A stretch of 64,000 nucleotides of DNA, from the NCBI GenBank assembly GCA_024137785.1, contig JAHRHZ010000275.1:14217459-14281458 (forward strand). Reading direction: 5' to 3'. A program made the position numbers and the translations under genes. The stretch's first letter is position 1, and the number at the start of each line of letters is the position of its first letter. Under the pieces are notes generated by a model, which had not been told where the DNA came from, searched no databases, and saw nothing but the letters and a program-made list of their open reading frames with translations. Positions 25,567 to 39,005 of this stretch are shown one piece after another. The stretch is from Ginglymostoma cirratum (lineage: Eukaryota).

Positions 25567-25846
25567 AGTCATGGAGTCATACAGCACAGAAACAGACCCT
25601 TCGGTCCAACTTGTCCATGCCGATCCTAAACTGAACTATTCCTATTTGTCTGCGTTTCACCTATTTCCCTCTTGAACCTTTCCTGTCCATTTACCTCTCC
25701 AAATGTCTCTCAAATGTCATAATTGTATTCGCCTTTGCCACTTCCTCTGGCATTTTGTTCCATGTATGTACCACCCTTTGTATGAAAAAGGTGCTCCTCG
25801 GGTCCCTTTTCAACCTTTCCCTCTAACCTCCAATCTGTGCCCTCTA
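25567..25846 (-). mobile_element. CR1 3' fragment, host of a Poseidon PLE (resumes 27623-27712)
   Basis: Same tail as 30313-30950 and 42268-42800; ct(g/a)tgccctcta duplicated on both sides of the PLE. Confidence 0.8.
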
Positions 25847-25848
25847 AA

Positions 25849-27622
25849 GTTTTAGAAGACTTGTAGCTTAGGTCATGGATGAGGTTGTAGACATGCTCCC
25901 AGAGCCAGTGGGTTTGGTTGCAAATGTTTCATCACCCTGCTAGCTAACATCGTAGTGTGCCTCCAGTGAAGTATCTGTGTTCTGTCCTGCTTGTTATTTA
26001 TATGCCTTGGTTTGCTGGGGTGTTTGATATCACTTCCGGTTCTGTTTCTCAGTAGTTTGTACACAGGGTCTAATTCAATGTGTTTGATGGAGTTTGAGTT
26101 GGAATACCAGAAAAGTCAAAACAATGTAACAGCATCATTTAAATCCATAAACATTGACCTGGCCAAAGAAACAATTGCCACACTGGATGAATCAAGCCGG
26201 CAGGCAACCCAGGACACCACCAACATTAATAAGGACGCCACTATGAAACTACTAGATCTGTGCTTCACAATGCACTTCACCTTCAACGATGGCATATACA
26301 AACAACTCAACGTAACACCAATGGGAGCCCCAATATTGGGACTGATTGCAGAAGCAGTAATGCAAAGTCTACGTGTCTACAACCTCATCCGTGACCTCAG
26401 CTACAAATCTTCTCAAACTTGAGGGCATAGATTTGAGGTTAGAGGGAAAGGTTTAAAAGGGACCTGAGGGGCACCTTTTTTATACAAAGGGTGGTGTATA
26501 CATGGAACAAAATGCCAGAGGAAGTGGTAAAGGTGTGTAGTGGTAGAGGCAAACGGACAGTGCTCCCCACAATACATGTCCAACTTTGGGTCCAATATGT
26601 ACATGACACCTTCGCGATTTATCAAACACACAACTAGGAGAAACCCACCGACACATACTACATCCTCACTGGGATAAAATTCACAAAAGAAAAGGAGAAC
26701 AACAACCGACTACCCTTCCTGGACATAATGGTAGAACACAAAAACGATGGGGAACTCCAGACTAGCGTATGTAGAAAGACCACACATATGGACCAGATAT
26801 TCAATTACACCAGCAACCACCCTAATGCCCACAAATGGAGCAGCATCAGGGCACTATTTAAATGAACCACAACACATTGCAGCAACCCGGAACTACACAC
26901 AGCAGAACAGGAGCACCTATACAGGGTCTTCAAAAGGAATGTGCTTTTTGGGCATCCAGTCTGCCATTATCTCCAAGACAGACCACAGCAGGAAGACGCA
27001 ACACAACCAGACTCGCTAATCACCCTACTGTACATCAAGGACATTTCAGAGATGCCAACAAGACTACTCGGATCCCTAGGCAGCAAGGTAGCCCACAAAC
27101 CAACAACCACCCTATGACGTTAATTGATGAACGTAAAGGATCTCATACCCAAAACCAGCAAAACTGGGATAATATACAAAATGCCATGCAAGGACTATGA
27201 GAAACACCTACATAGGCCAAACTGGAAAGAAATCGACAACACCGATACACGAACAGGAACTAGCCACCAAGAGACACGACCAGTTCTCGCTTGTCTCACT
27301 GCACGTGGATAATGAAAGACACTAATTTGACTAGGACAACCCCTCCATAATTGTATGAGCCAAACAGAGACATGTCAGGGAATTCCTGGAAGCCAGGTAT
27401 TCCAACCAGTATTCCATCAGCAAAAGCATTGATTTAGGCCTGGTGTGCAAACCACTGAGAAACCGAACCGGAAGTGGTACCAAACACGCCATCAAAATGA
27501 GGCAAATAAACAACAAGTGGAACAAAACATGGCTTCACTGGATGCACACTGACTATGTTACCTAGCAGGGTGATGAAACATTTGCAACCAAACCCACCGG
27601 CTCAGTGAACATGTCTACAACC
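25849..27622 (+). mobile_element. Degraded Poseidon/Penelope-type PLE with inverted 5' pseudo-LTR
   Basis: Inverted pseudo-LTR 25849-26110; RT remnants (HFTFNDGIYKQLN.TPMGAPILGLIAEAVMQ; LPFLD); GIY-YIG remnant GIIYKMPCKD..YIGQTG; direct pseudo-LTR to 27622. Confidence 0.85.
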
Positions 27623-27984
27623 TATGCCCTCTAGTTTTTGACTCTCCTAACCTGGAGAAAAGATCTTGATTATTCACCTTTATCTATGTGTCTCGTGACT
27701 TTATATACCTCCTAGGAGGTTTATAAATCCATCAGTTCAGAAAACTAAGTTCAGGAAAAGAAAATCAACATGGCTGTAGAAACTCTCGAGTTGGTCATTT
27801 ACTTCCTTGAGACATGGCGGGGGGGAACCCACATGTCACTACTTTAAAATTCAAACTTAACGCATGTGGTACTAAACATACTGGAATTACAGCCCAGTTA
27901 GCCTGACATCTGTTGTCAGGAATTCGTTGGAGTTTAATCGGGGATAGTGTAACTGATCACTTCAACTTCGGTTAATTAGGGAGA

Positions 27985-29190
27985 GTAGCATAGATTTGTG
28001 AAAGGTAGGTCATGCCTATGAACTTCACTGAATTTTTTGTTTTGAAGGGGTGATAAAGGTTGTGGACAGAAGTTGATGGATGTCATTTATTTGGCGTTCC
28101 AGAAGACTTTTGATAAAAGTCCCACGAGGGACTTGGTTAAAGTGGAAGTCCATGGAATTGAGGGCATATTATTGACATGGATAGGAAATTGGTTGAGTGG
28201 CGGGAAACAGTTGGAAAAATAAGTAAGTACTCAAATTGGTAGGATGTAACCTGCAGGGGCCTGTGGGGCTTCAATTTATTGACATTAGTCATTAATGACT
28301 TGGATAATGGCATAAAATGTCAAATATACCAATTTACTGACAATACAAAATTGGGGGGGGGGCAGCACTGTGGACAGTATTGATGACAGCATAAAAGTAC
28401 AACCGGACATAGATTAAGTGAATGGGCAAAGCTGTGACCGACAGATTTTTCATGTAAGCAAGTGGTGAGTTTGTCCATTTCAGACCAAAAAGAAAAGGTC
28501 AGGGTATTTCTTTAGAAGGCCTAATTTTGAATACAGTGGCTGCCCAACAAGATTTGGTGGTTCTAGTGCATAACTCTTCAAAATACCACAAACATGCATA
28601 AAGGATAACAGATGGCCTTATTGGAAAAGGCTGGAGTATAAGGATGCGGACATTATGCTGCAGTGATACGAAGCCCTAGTTAGACCCTATGTAGAGTCCT
28701 GTGAGCAGATCTTGGCACCACACCTTAGCAAGGATGCTTTGGCCCTGGAGGGAATTCAGCATGTTAAAGTTTGGCAGAGGGGGATGGAATTAAGTCCTCA
28801 GGAGAGAGGAGACAAATTTAGGCATTTACTCTAGAATTTAGAAGGTTGAAGAATGATCTAATAAAGGCTTTCAGGATATTAACAGGGAAAGAGAGGGTAG
28901 ATAAAGAAAAATTGTTTCCACTGAAATCTCTAGAACCAGGGGGGATGGCCTAACAAGTCCAAGCCATTCAGATTTTAGAAAATACTTCCACATGTAAAGA
29001 GTAGTGACGGTTTGGAACTCTCCTCAAATGGTGGTCATGCTAATTCAATGTTAAATTTCAATCTGAGAGAAATTTTTGTTCAGCAGGGGTATTGAGGGAC
29101 ATGGGCCTAAGGCAGACATATGGAGTTCAGCCATGATCTTACTGAATGGTGGCGCAGGTTCGTGGGGCTGAATGGTTTACTCCTGTTCCT
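27985..29190 (+). mobile_element. Old CR1 RT/3' remnant
   Basis: Decayed F.KGRSC..N..EFF, FQK.FDK, FTDNTK motifs and gggctgaatgg..tactcctgttcct tail. Confidence 0.7.
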
Positions 29191-29696
29191 AAATCTCTCC
29201 TCTGTATTATAAGATGCAAATGTATAGCTCAAAGATTAGCATTGCCAGTATTACTGGGAAGAGAGCTGTTTGGATGGGCTTTATTTGAACCTTGCTGGGA
29301 CCATTGTCCTGGTTATCTGTCTAACTAGTTAGTTTGAAACCCCAGCTACAAATTGGCAATGGGGTGGCTCACATGAAGAGAAGATTAAAATTATCAAAGA
29401 TTTGAAAGTGCAGAAGTACAAGAAATGAAAAGGTGAACGATAATCAAAATATGACAGGAATGAACAGAAAATATAATTAGAATGAAGCAGAAATTATAAC
29501 CAGAGTAACTTGTAATGATAGTTCAAAGCTCAAGGCTCTTTATCTGAATGTGCACAACATTTCTAACAAGGCAAGTGAGTTGATGGCACAAATAGAAATA
29601 AATAAAAATGACTTGATAGCTGTTAGAAAACATTGCAGGGCGATAACTTCGAACCCAAATTGAGGGTATTTGATGCCTGGAAAGATAGGCATAAAG

Positions 29697-29762
29697 GAGT
29701 CAGAGATAAGAGTGCGGAGCTCCACACTGTTATCTTTGACTCCAGCATCTGCAGTTCTTACG
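29697..29762. mobile_element. Very short family A pseudo-LTR fold-back
   Basis: gagtcagagataa..gtg.ggagctccacac.gttatct.tgactc followed by cagcatctgcagttct. Confidence 0.55.
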
Positions 29763-30005
29763 TACTTTATTAACAAAGCTACCCCACCTCCTTTATGATA
29801 GTAACAGGTGGTGAATAGTAATAAAGCTGCAATAGATCATGATGTGGAAATGAGAAATAGCAAGGGGTGGTGGTCACAAGGGTACATAGCCCCTGAGGAA
29901 TTGCTTCACTGTAGGAAAAGAGAATAGATAGGGAAATGAGGTTGGTGTGTAAAAGTGCACTATAATTGTCATTGGTATTTTTAATCTGTCCATTGACAAA
30001 TGAGA

Positions 30006-30198
30006 TGGGCAAGGGTAACATAGAAGTTGAATCTGTAGAGTGCATCAGGAATTATTTGTTAAAGCAGTATGTTGCACAGCTGTGTGTAATGGCCTAAAAT
30101 ATGTTACCACTGTTGCCACTTGGGCTTTGCAACATACTGCTTTAACAAATAATTCCTGATGCACTCTACAGATTCAACTTCTATGTTACCCTTGCCCA
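30006..30198. repeat. Perfect 71-bp inverted repeat with 51-bp spacer
   Basis: 30006-30076 is the exact reverse complement of 30128-30198; ORF track shows MHSTDSTSMLPLP on both strands. Confidence 0.95.
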
Positions 30199-30312
30199 CA
30201 CAGCAGTGTGTAATGAGTAGGATTAATAAAGGGCTTGTAGTCAAGTATCCTCTAGGGGGCAGCAGTCACAACATGGTAGAAGAGAGCAGCTCTGGTCTTA
30301 AACCAGTGTCAG

Positions 30313-30950
30313 AGTCAGAGCTGTACAGCACGGAAACTTCGGTCCAACTCGTCCGTGCCAACCAGATATCCTAAATTAACTTGTCCCATTGCCAGCATTT
30401 GGCTCCTATCCCTCCTAAACCCTTCCTGTTCATATACCCATCCAGATGCCTTTTAAATGTAATTGTACCAACCTCCACTACTTCCTCTGGCAGCTCATTC
30501 CATACAGGCACCACCTTCTGCATGAAAAAGTTGCCCCTTAGGTCCCTTTTAAATCTTTCCCCTCTCACCTTAAACCTATGCCCTCTAGCTTTGGACTCCT
30601 GCTTCACCCCAGGGAAAAGACCTTGGCTATTTACCCTATCCATGCTGCTCATGATTTCATAAACCTCTAAAGGTCACCCCCCCACAAGCCTCCGATGCTC
30701 CAGGGAAAATAGCCCCAGCCAATTCAGTTTCTCCCTATGGCTGAAACCCTCCAACCCTGGCAACATCCTTGTAAATCTTTTCTGAACCCTTTCAAGTTTC
30801 ATTATACCCTTCCTATAGCAGGGAGACCAGAACTGAACGCACTACTCCAAAAGTGGCCCAACCAATGTCTTGCACAGTCACAACATGACATTCCAACTCC
30901 TATACTCAGTGCATTGGCCAATAGAGGCAAGCATACCAAATGCTTCCTCA
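30313..30950 (-). mobile_element. CR1 (HER1-like) 3' fragment
   Basis: ORF 30371-30652: DRVNSQGLFP..RGHRFKVRGERFKRDLRGNFF.QKVV.VWNELPEEVV. Confidence 0.9.
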
Positions 30951-31065
30951 ACTTAAATAAAGGTAATTACAAATGTATAAAGAAAGTTGTCTAAAGTGAG
31001 TCGAGAACAAATTAAGGGGAAGGTTTGGGTGAGCAACAGACAATTTAAGCAGGTATTTCATAATC

Positions 31066-31380
31066 TTAGAATCCCTACAGTGTGGAACTAGGCCATTTGG
31101 TCCAGGTCCATACCACGCAGGTCCACCCCCCTTACCCTATCCCAGTAACCTGCACTTCCCATGGCTAATCCACCTCACCTGCTCATCCCTGCGCACTATG
31201 GGCGATTTAACGTAGCCAATCCACCTAACCTGCACATCTTTGGACTATGGGAGGAAACTGGAGCACCTAGAGGAAATCCACGCAGACGGGGAGAATGTGC
31301 AAACACCACACAGTCGTCCAAGGGCGGAATCAAACCCGGGTCCCTGGTACTAAGGCAGCAGTGCTAACCACTGTGCCACC
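31066..31380 (-). mobile_element. HE1-like V-SINE
   Basis: Reverse complement of the SINE at 23738; head ggtggcacagtggttagcactgctgcc at 31380. Confidence 0.85.
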
Positions 31381-31550
31381 TAACAAAATGCTGAGCAAAA
31401 ATTATTCCAGCTAAAATGGTTAGCATTTCTACCCATCTCAAATTCTCCTTTAGAAGGTGATTGTGACTCGATGGTAATACAGATCTTGGAACAATCAGTA
31501 GATCTATGATCTAGTTTCTGTATAAAATGTGACTTCTTCTCTTTGCCTAG

Positions 31551-31620
31551 TGACCTGCTGCAAGACCTGGAGAGTTGTGATAGTGATCCTGTTGCAATTG
31601 CAGAATGTTTTGTAGCAAAG
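31551..31620 (+). CDS. PLEKHG1: PLEKHG1-like exon (DH domain)
   Basis: cctAG|T...AAG|GTAAGT; DLLQDLESCDSDPVAIAECFVAK; phase 2 to 0. Confidence 0.95.
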
Positions 31621-33471
31621 GTAAGTAGCCTCTTTTCTGTGCAAGATTCCAAATGCAATGCAGATTGGAGTAGCTTTCAGTTTAAAGTATTTTTTAAACT
31701 TGTTCATTAACTGTGTGTGCCTATCACTATCCTGGCTACCAGTTAATGTTCATCCTGGCCTTTAATTATGCTGTAAGGTAGTGGTGAACCACCTTGAATT
31801 GGCATAATCCCGTAGGACTTTTGTATACTCTGCTGTTGGGAAGGCAGTTCCAGGATTCTGATCCAGAGGCAGTGAAGAAACTGAGAGATCCAAATCAGGA
31901 TGGTGCGTGGCTTGGAAGAGAACGTGCAAATGATCATGGTCCCATTCATCTGCTGTCCTCTGACTAGACAGAGGTCATGGGTGGAGAAGGAGCTGTCAAA
32001 GGAGTCAGTTGCTCAGAAACATCAAAAATGAAAGATTGATGTGCTGGAGACTTCTTTTATTTCCTGTATATATGTTAGGTGCATTCTGATGCACGAGAGT
32101 ATGAAATTGTCTTAATTATCCCCAGGTCTCATTCCTGAGTTTAATGTCAAACAATGTCTGCATTGCTAGGTTAATGTTTGTCAGAGAAGCCTGGGTTTCC
32201 TTCAGTTGAAATAATAGATTCTGCTGTCATTGGGATATATTTTCCATAGGGCACAGTCAAAGCTCGTGCAACAAATGCTGCTAAAAGCTGTATTAGTTGG
32301 CTAGAATATTGGGATGACATTGTTTTACTCCAATAAACAACTGGTTTGGGGTCAGATAAGAGAGACTCCTTGAAGCCCTGCCTCTTTGCTAGTCCACTTT
32401 CAGGGTTAGCAGGACAGGACACAGGCAGTGAATGCCCTCCTAGAAACCAGGCTGGCTAGGAGCCTGAGGTTTAAATGTGCTTTGTTTTATGCCTGACTAC
32501 CTAGGTTTCTTAAATGTCATAAAGTCAGCAGCCCAGGGAGGTGAGGAAAAGTTAAGCACTTTTTTATTTAGAAATAATACATAACACTTTCTTGGTTCAC
32601 AAGCAGTGCTATTAAAAAAGACTGTTTCATCAAATCTCGCTCTCACCTCCTAACCCACTCATCAAACCTGTCAATGTTGGGCCATTGTAGGCTCTACGTT
32701 CTACGAAGGATGTCAGGACCAAGTTGAGGAAGTTAACTAGAATGAAACAAGGCTTGCTTTTCATACTTCAAATTTAACAAGCTAAATTTAGGGAACAGAG
32801 AGCCCTAATCTTTCTGAATGTCAACGTGTTAAACCTGGGACCTTTTTTATCTGAATGTTATCTATTTTATAAAGTATGATTCTGTGAGTATGACTGTTGG
32901 ATTAGCTGGTCTGTAACACCTCTCCCAATTTTGGTGCAAGCCCTAGATGTTGGTAAGAAAGACTTCACTGGATTGACGGGTCTGTTTGCTGCCAAATTGA
33001 ATTAAATAAATTCAAGTTTTGCCATCATGGGGTTTGAGACCATGTGCTAAAGCATTATCTTGAGGTTCTGGATTACTAATCCAGTGATATTACTATGACA
33101 TAATTACCAGTCCACTTTATGAAGTACTGTTCCTTGACATCTCCCTTGAATGGCGCAGCTTTAATTTAGTTGTGCCTGCTTTTTCAGGAACCTTAACGAA
33201 AGGAAATAGGCTTGTCTGTGTGTGTCTGTAATCTCTCTCTCCCCCACTCTCCAAACGTGCATACTTGATGGGAGTACGTGTCTAATCACTGCACCCTGTC
33301 CTCCTTTTGTGTTAATAGATTCAGGATTACTGAGCCTAGCTATTTGATGGTTATCTTGGTGCACCACAGTCTTCACTGCATTGCTGTCTTTAAAACAGCC
33401 ATAGTCTGCTAAAATTGATTTGATTAACATTGGCCTGTTAATTTGATTTTTTTTTTTTCTCCTTTGCACAG

Positions 33472-33518
33472 AGTGAAGAATTTCACATCTATACGCAGTA
33501 TTGTACAAACTATCCCAG
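33472..33518 (+). CDS. PLEKHG1: PLEKHG1-like exon (DH domain)
   Basis: cacAG|AGT...CCC AG|GTAAGC; SEEFHIYTQYCTNYPR; phase 0 to 2. Confidence 0.95.
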
Positions 33519-34239
33519 GTAAGCTGGCAAAAAATATGCAGTATCATTTTGTCAAACATTGAGGCTTGGCCTGCTACACTATGTAGATCTTGTCCTATTC
33601 ATTTATCTTGAAGTGGCAGACTGGCTAATGTTCACCCAAGCTGGCTGTCAGGGAGCTAATTAGAGCACGTGGAGCACTGGCTTTGATTCAAAAGCCATGA
33701 TGAGTGCAATGAAGAGCAATAATGGAGGGGTTGTAAAACCAGCTTTCTTCCCTCCAACCTGCTGGGTTTGTTCAACTGGTACATGTTAAAATTCACCCCA
33801 AAGTGTCAGCAAACCTTTAGCTGTGGAGATCCATGTTTGGAGCTAACTGAAGTTCCAATATCTCTGTTTTGATGAAATAGTGAAGTTGGATCTTTTTGTT
33901 CATCCGAGTGGTACCTCTCCCTTTCCTCTTGCACGCCTCAATAGAACTATACTGGATTTAAATCCAGGAGTTAGCTGCCTGGAGAGTTTATGAAAACTTG
34001 ATTTTTGGAGTTCAGTTGCTCATTAGAATTGCTCAGCACACAAGCTAAACTATAGGTAATTGATCTTCAGAGAACCTAAAACTATTATTCAATAGGAAGG
34101 CATTTGTTGAAATATTTCATATTACACTAATATATTTAAATATCAGCTCGAGAGTTAAAGATGAGATGGACTTCATTTTGACCGTTCTTGTTTCAGCCAG
34201 ATATTCTGTACTGGAGCTCACAGCAACTGTTCAGGAATC

Positions 34240-34740
34240 CAGTAACCTACGTGAATTGTGTACAGTCTTGAGCTCCTTACCTAAGGAAGGATACAGTTAC
34301 CATAGAGGGGGTAGAAATAAGGTTCACCAGATTGATCCCTGGGATGGTGGTGGTGTTCTTTAAGGAGATTTGGCCTATATACCCAAGAATAAAAGGTGAT
34401 CTCGTTGACGATAGAAAATTCTTGCAGGACTTGCTGACAGAGTAGATGCAGGAAGGATATACGTCCTACATAGGAGGTTTGGAACTGGGGGATACTCGGC
34501 AACAGAAAAGCAGTTTTAATCCTGACGAGTGGAGGAAATTCTTCCCTTAGACTGGCGAACCTTTGGAATTCTCTACCACGGAGCTGTGGAGGCTCAGTTG
34601 TTGAGTATATTCAAGAAAGCAATCAAAACCTTTCCAGTCAGCCAAGATATCAAGGAGTATTGTGAGGAAAAAGGCATTTAGAAAGATGAGCTCTGATCTA
34701 GTTGAATAGTGCTAAATGGCCATCTACTGCTCTAAGTTCC
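34240..34740 (+). mobile_element. Old CR1 3' remnant
   Basis: aaggttcaccagattgatccctgggatg, ctttggaattctctacc and CR1-like tail. Confidence 0.6.
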
Positions 34741-35080
34741 AATGTGATCTGTGGAGCATGTTGCAACTTTTGAGATCAAGTCATGTTACAATGGATCTGC
34801 AGCTGCTTTAGTGGATCACAGGGCATCTTCCAAGTTCATTGCAGCTGTTGAGATGATTCAGTAACCCTGAATGATTACAGCCAAGGAAAAATTAAGCTAA
34901 AATACAAAGGCCTCTGAGCACCAGCCAGGAGGAAGCAAACATCTTAGAATCAGCCAAGCAGGAGATACTACTTGTAAAGTCTTGATAAAAGACTGAAGTA
35001 ACAGTAAAGAAAAATTTCAGTTATTGTTTTGCACAGTCAGTTATTGAAAAGGGTCACTAACCTTTCTGGATCACTTGCAG

Positions 35081-35231
35081 ATCTGTGGCTGTGTTAACAG
35101 AGTGTATGAGAAACAAACTGCTTGCCAAATTCTTCAGAGAGCAACAAGAATCCTTGAAACACTCCCTACCTCTGGGATCCTACCTTCTTAAACCAGTGCA
35201 ACGCATCCTAAAGTACCATCTCCTCTTGCAT
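35081..35231 (+). CDS. PLEKHG1: PLEKHG1-like exon (DH domain)
   Basis: cactaac branch point, gcAG|A...CAT|GTAAGT; [50 protein letters not shown]. Confidence 0.96.
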
Positions 35232-35559
35232 GTAAGTGGTTATGAATGATTTTCAATCTATATTTCAGATTTGAAGACTGCTGACAATTGATGCCATTTC
35301 CTGCATCCAGAAAATACCTTGCTATTAACTTCAGTAAATTGCCAAAATCACTCCTTGTGAAACTCTTTACTTAGTTAAGATATAATGTTGAATGGAGCTA
35401 GCGACATCTTTATTAAAGCTCTGAACTTGCTTATAGCTGTTGTGAAGATACAGGAATATCAAAGAGATATGGAGTTTACCTAGCTTGCTTCAGCTTAGTT
35501 TTGGTTGTACAAGATAATCTCTTTTGACTCTCATCTGCTGTATAACAGCCATTGTAGTA

Positions 35560-36120
35560 ATCCATGTAAGAATCAGTTGTTATAAAAGCACACCAATGCC
35601 TCTACTTTCTCAGAAGGCTAAGGAAACTTGGCATGTACGCAATGACCGACTCTTACCAATTTTTATGGACACACCATGGAAAGCATCCTATCCAGATGCA
35701 TCACAGCTTGGTTCAGCAACTGCTGTATCCAAGATAACAAGAAATTAGTTGCGAATGCAGTCCTGTCAATCAGGAAAACCAGACTTCCTTCCATTGAATC
35801 GGTCTACACTTCCCACTATCTCGGGAAAGCAGCCAACATAATCAGACTTCTTCTTCTGCCTACAGGCAGAGGGTGGAAGATACAGAAGTTTGAAAATGTC
35901 TCAACAAATTTATTAACAGCTTCTTCCTAACTGTTAACAGACTTGTGAGCAGACCTCAAATATTAGAGTTGATCTTTCTCTGCACCTCCTTAGTAGCTAT
36001 AACACTATATTCTGCATTCTGTTCTGTTATCCTGATTTACTCCTGTAAGGTATGATTTGTCTGGTTAGCGCACAAAACAATATTTGCACTGTATCTTGGT
36101 ATGTGACAGTAATACGTCAA
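35560..36120 (+). mobile_element. Rex1/Babar-type LINE 3' remnant
   Basis: ESILSRCITAWFSNC..DNKKL, homologous to 19870-19945. Confidence 0.7.
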
Positions 36121-36798
36121 ACTTTTACATGCACAGTACGTCGCTGACCTTGGATATGCGTTTACTGGCATTTTAAAATTTGCATTCTTACATTTGACAT
36201 TAGCTGACGGGAATCATCAAAACTGTCTGCTGATTGACCCTGAATGGACACACCACCTTGCCTGTGGCAGGTAAAGGCCACCCAACCAGTTTGAGTATGG
36301 GACTTTCTGAAGGGCTTATACTAAGTTTGAATCATTCTGTCATCCATGCCCTTTGAAATAGAACAGTTGAGCTCTTTACTGTGTGAAAGAAATTTGACAA
36401 ACATAGCTGGTAACTTTTTTTACATTTTATCAGATTTGATAAATTTGCAGTCAGTTAGTAATTTGATTTGGGGTGGATATTGCTCATGGTTCAGCACATT
36501 TTTCCTGATGAAACTCCACTCTAGTGTATGGCTAGTCTTCCATTCGCCCATAACCTCCTGACCACTCTGCCTAATGAAAGTGACTGAGACAAACAGCACA
36601 AGATTTAAGTAGCTCCCAGGAATTGATGAAATGAGTGACAGGAAGCCAGAGGTCCAATCTCAACAGCACCTCTCCGCCAAAGTGCATGCCCTGTGGTAAA
36701 TTGCTGAAAAACGGAAGATTACTGAATTTCTACCCATTTCTGATACTTTTTTTTGTTTCATCGTTCTTTGCCCACCTCTTTCTTATTGCTCTTTGCAG

Positions 36799-36930
36799 GA
36801 AATAGCCAACCATCTGGAGAAGGACACAGAGTGTTATGATGTGGTGCAGGATGCCATTGACACAATGCAAAGAGTGGCTTGGCACATTAATGACATGAAG
36901 AGGAAACATGAGCATGCAGTTAGGCTTCAG
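36799..36930 (+). CDS. PLEKHG1: PLEKHG1-like exon (end of DH domain)
   Basis: gcAG|GAA...CAG|GTAATT; [44 protein letters not shown]. Confidence 0.96.
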
Positions 36931-37708
36931 GTAATTTTTAAAAAAATACCTTGCAATATAGATGTGGCCTTTTAATATTAGCTGTGCTTTGACTCCAGCA
37001 CACACCAGCAAAACATTGGCGTTGTTGGGGGTGGAGGTGTACAGCACAGAACCTTTTTAAAATGTTCTGGAATCCACTGCTCAAGATTGTTATGTGCAGG
37101 GTTAGCTGAGGCTTTCTAAAGGGGATTAGATCGTTATCTGAAAAGGGAAAATTTTGCAGGGTTACAGTAGGGGTAAAAAGCAAGGGCGTGGCACAAAATG
37201 AATTGCTCCTTTAGAAGGACGGCACAGATAATGTGTTAAATGGTCCCCTGTGCTGTAAGCGTTAATTATACATATTGAAGACCAGATTATGTACACTATA
37301 GATGTATTCCTTTTGAGGTTAGAAAGTTAAGATATGATCAAACTTGAGTTTTCAGTTTGATTTGAAGGGCTCTATTCCCCATAGAAATTTTGGAACAACT
37401 TGTCATAAGTTTTAGATTAGAGAGAGGTCCTTCAGGAGTAATGTCAGAAAGTACTCCATAACAAGAGGTGAAAATTTAGAACATGCCCTCGCATCTGTCG
37501 AAGCTTTTAAATCAAATGAATAGATTTTTATAGGGTGAAGTTATTGAGGAATATGGGACTAGAGTAAATGGGATTTACATTAAGATCTAAATGATTTGCA
37601 AAGCTGATGTGAGCTGCATGATTTACCCCTGCTCCTATGTTTTGATAATATTTAGTTTCTTACTCTTGAATGACTTCTGTGTGATCATTTATCTGTGTTC
37701 TTGTTAAG

Positions 37709-37891
37709 GAGATACAGAGCCTGCTGACAAACTGGAAAGGTCCAGATCTGACCAGCTATGGAGAGCTGGTCTTAGAGGGGACATTCCGTATACAGCGAGC
37801 CAAAAATGAACGCACTTTGTTTCTTTTAGATAAACTTCTTCTCATCACTAAAAAAAGAGAAGAGACTTACACCTATAAAGCTCATATTTTG
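37709..37891 (+). CDS. PLEKHG1: PLEKHG1-like exon (PH domain)
   Basis: taAG|GAG...TTG|GTAAGA; [61 protein letters not shown]. Confidence 0.96.
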
Positions 37892-38909
37892 GTAAGAATT
37901 ATTAGTTTGTGTTGACTTGAAAATGTTGGGGTTTGCTTTTGTAAGTACCATGTTCTTCTGGAAAACTGGCTGATTAGCACTGTCAAACTAAATCAGTAAA
38001 GGCCAATCACTTTCGTTTCTCTAGCTGGCCCTTATCCTTCAACCTCCCTTAACTTCAGCAAATCCAAAATTCTTACCAGTTCCTGCTCTAATATCACATC
38101 AATGCTTGCTGACCTATGTTGACTACCAGTCTACCATTGCCTTTAATTAAGATTCTCATTGTCTTGTTCAAATTGGCCTTCTCAGTTGTGGCCTCTTAGA
38201 CAAACCTGATTTCCTTCACCCCACTATTAATGGATGTGCCTTCATGCTGCCGTGGTCCTAAACTCTGGAATTCCCTCACTACTTTCTAAGTAGTTCCTTT
38301 TAAAACCTACCAATTTGATCTTGCTTCCCTGTCCTTTTAACATCTTGTGGTTCAGTGTCTGCTTTAGTCTGATTGTAATCCTATGGCACACCTTGTAAAA
38401 TTAGCCTGCATTTAAAGATTTGCATAGGCAAATTGTTATAGTTTTTATCCCTGCCGTTCTGGATTCATTGCCATTTTGGGTGAATGCAGTTTTTTTTTAA
38501 TCCTGACTTTTGAGCTTGTAATTCAAGCTGATACCCTAGTGCAGTACTGAGGGAATGCTGGGTTGTCAGTTGTCTCCTTTTGCATGTGACATTGAACGAA
38601 GGCCCAAGCGTTTCCCCTCAGCTAACTAGACATGAACTTCCATGACATTTGCTGGCAGTAGGACAATTCCCTTGGCACCTCGGTCAACAGCACTGAATCC
38701 GATTTGCCTAGTGTGAAATTTAATTGCAGAATTTAACTTGCAATGTGAGAGCCACAGTTCACCACTCATTATTTACTTTGAAGAAGTTTTTGTTTTAAAG
38801 GCATGCAAGGTGCTATATTATTGCAATTTATTTACTAAGAGAACAGTGTGGTAAAGTGAGCGATTTGCAGCCCTGAATTATAGACCTAATGTTTCTCTCC
38901 TTCCCCCAG

Positions 38910-39005
38910 TGTTGTAACCTGATGCTTGTGGAGGTAATTCCAAAGGAACCCTTGAGTTTCAGTGTCTTCCACTACAAGAATCCTAAAGTGCAGCACACAG
39001 TACAG
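38910..39005 (+). CDS. PLEKHG1: PLEKHG1-like exon (PH domain)
   Basis: cccAG|TGT...CAG|GTAGAG; [32 protein letters not shown]. Confidence 0.96.

Larger units (their letters stand above)
29525..30300 (+). mobile_element. Old CR1 endonuclease-domain remnant with internal insertions
   Basis: LKALYLNVHNISNKASELMAQIEINKNDLIA resembles the CR1 ORF2 N-terminus. Confidence 0.55.
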
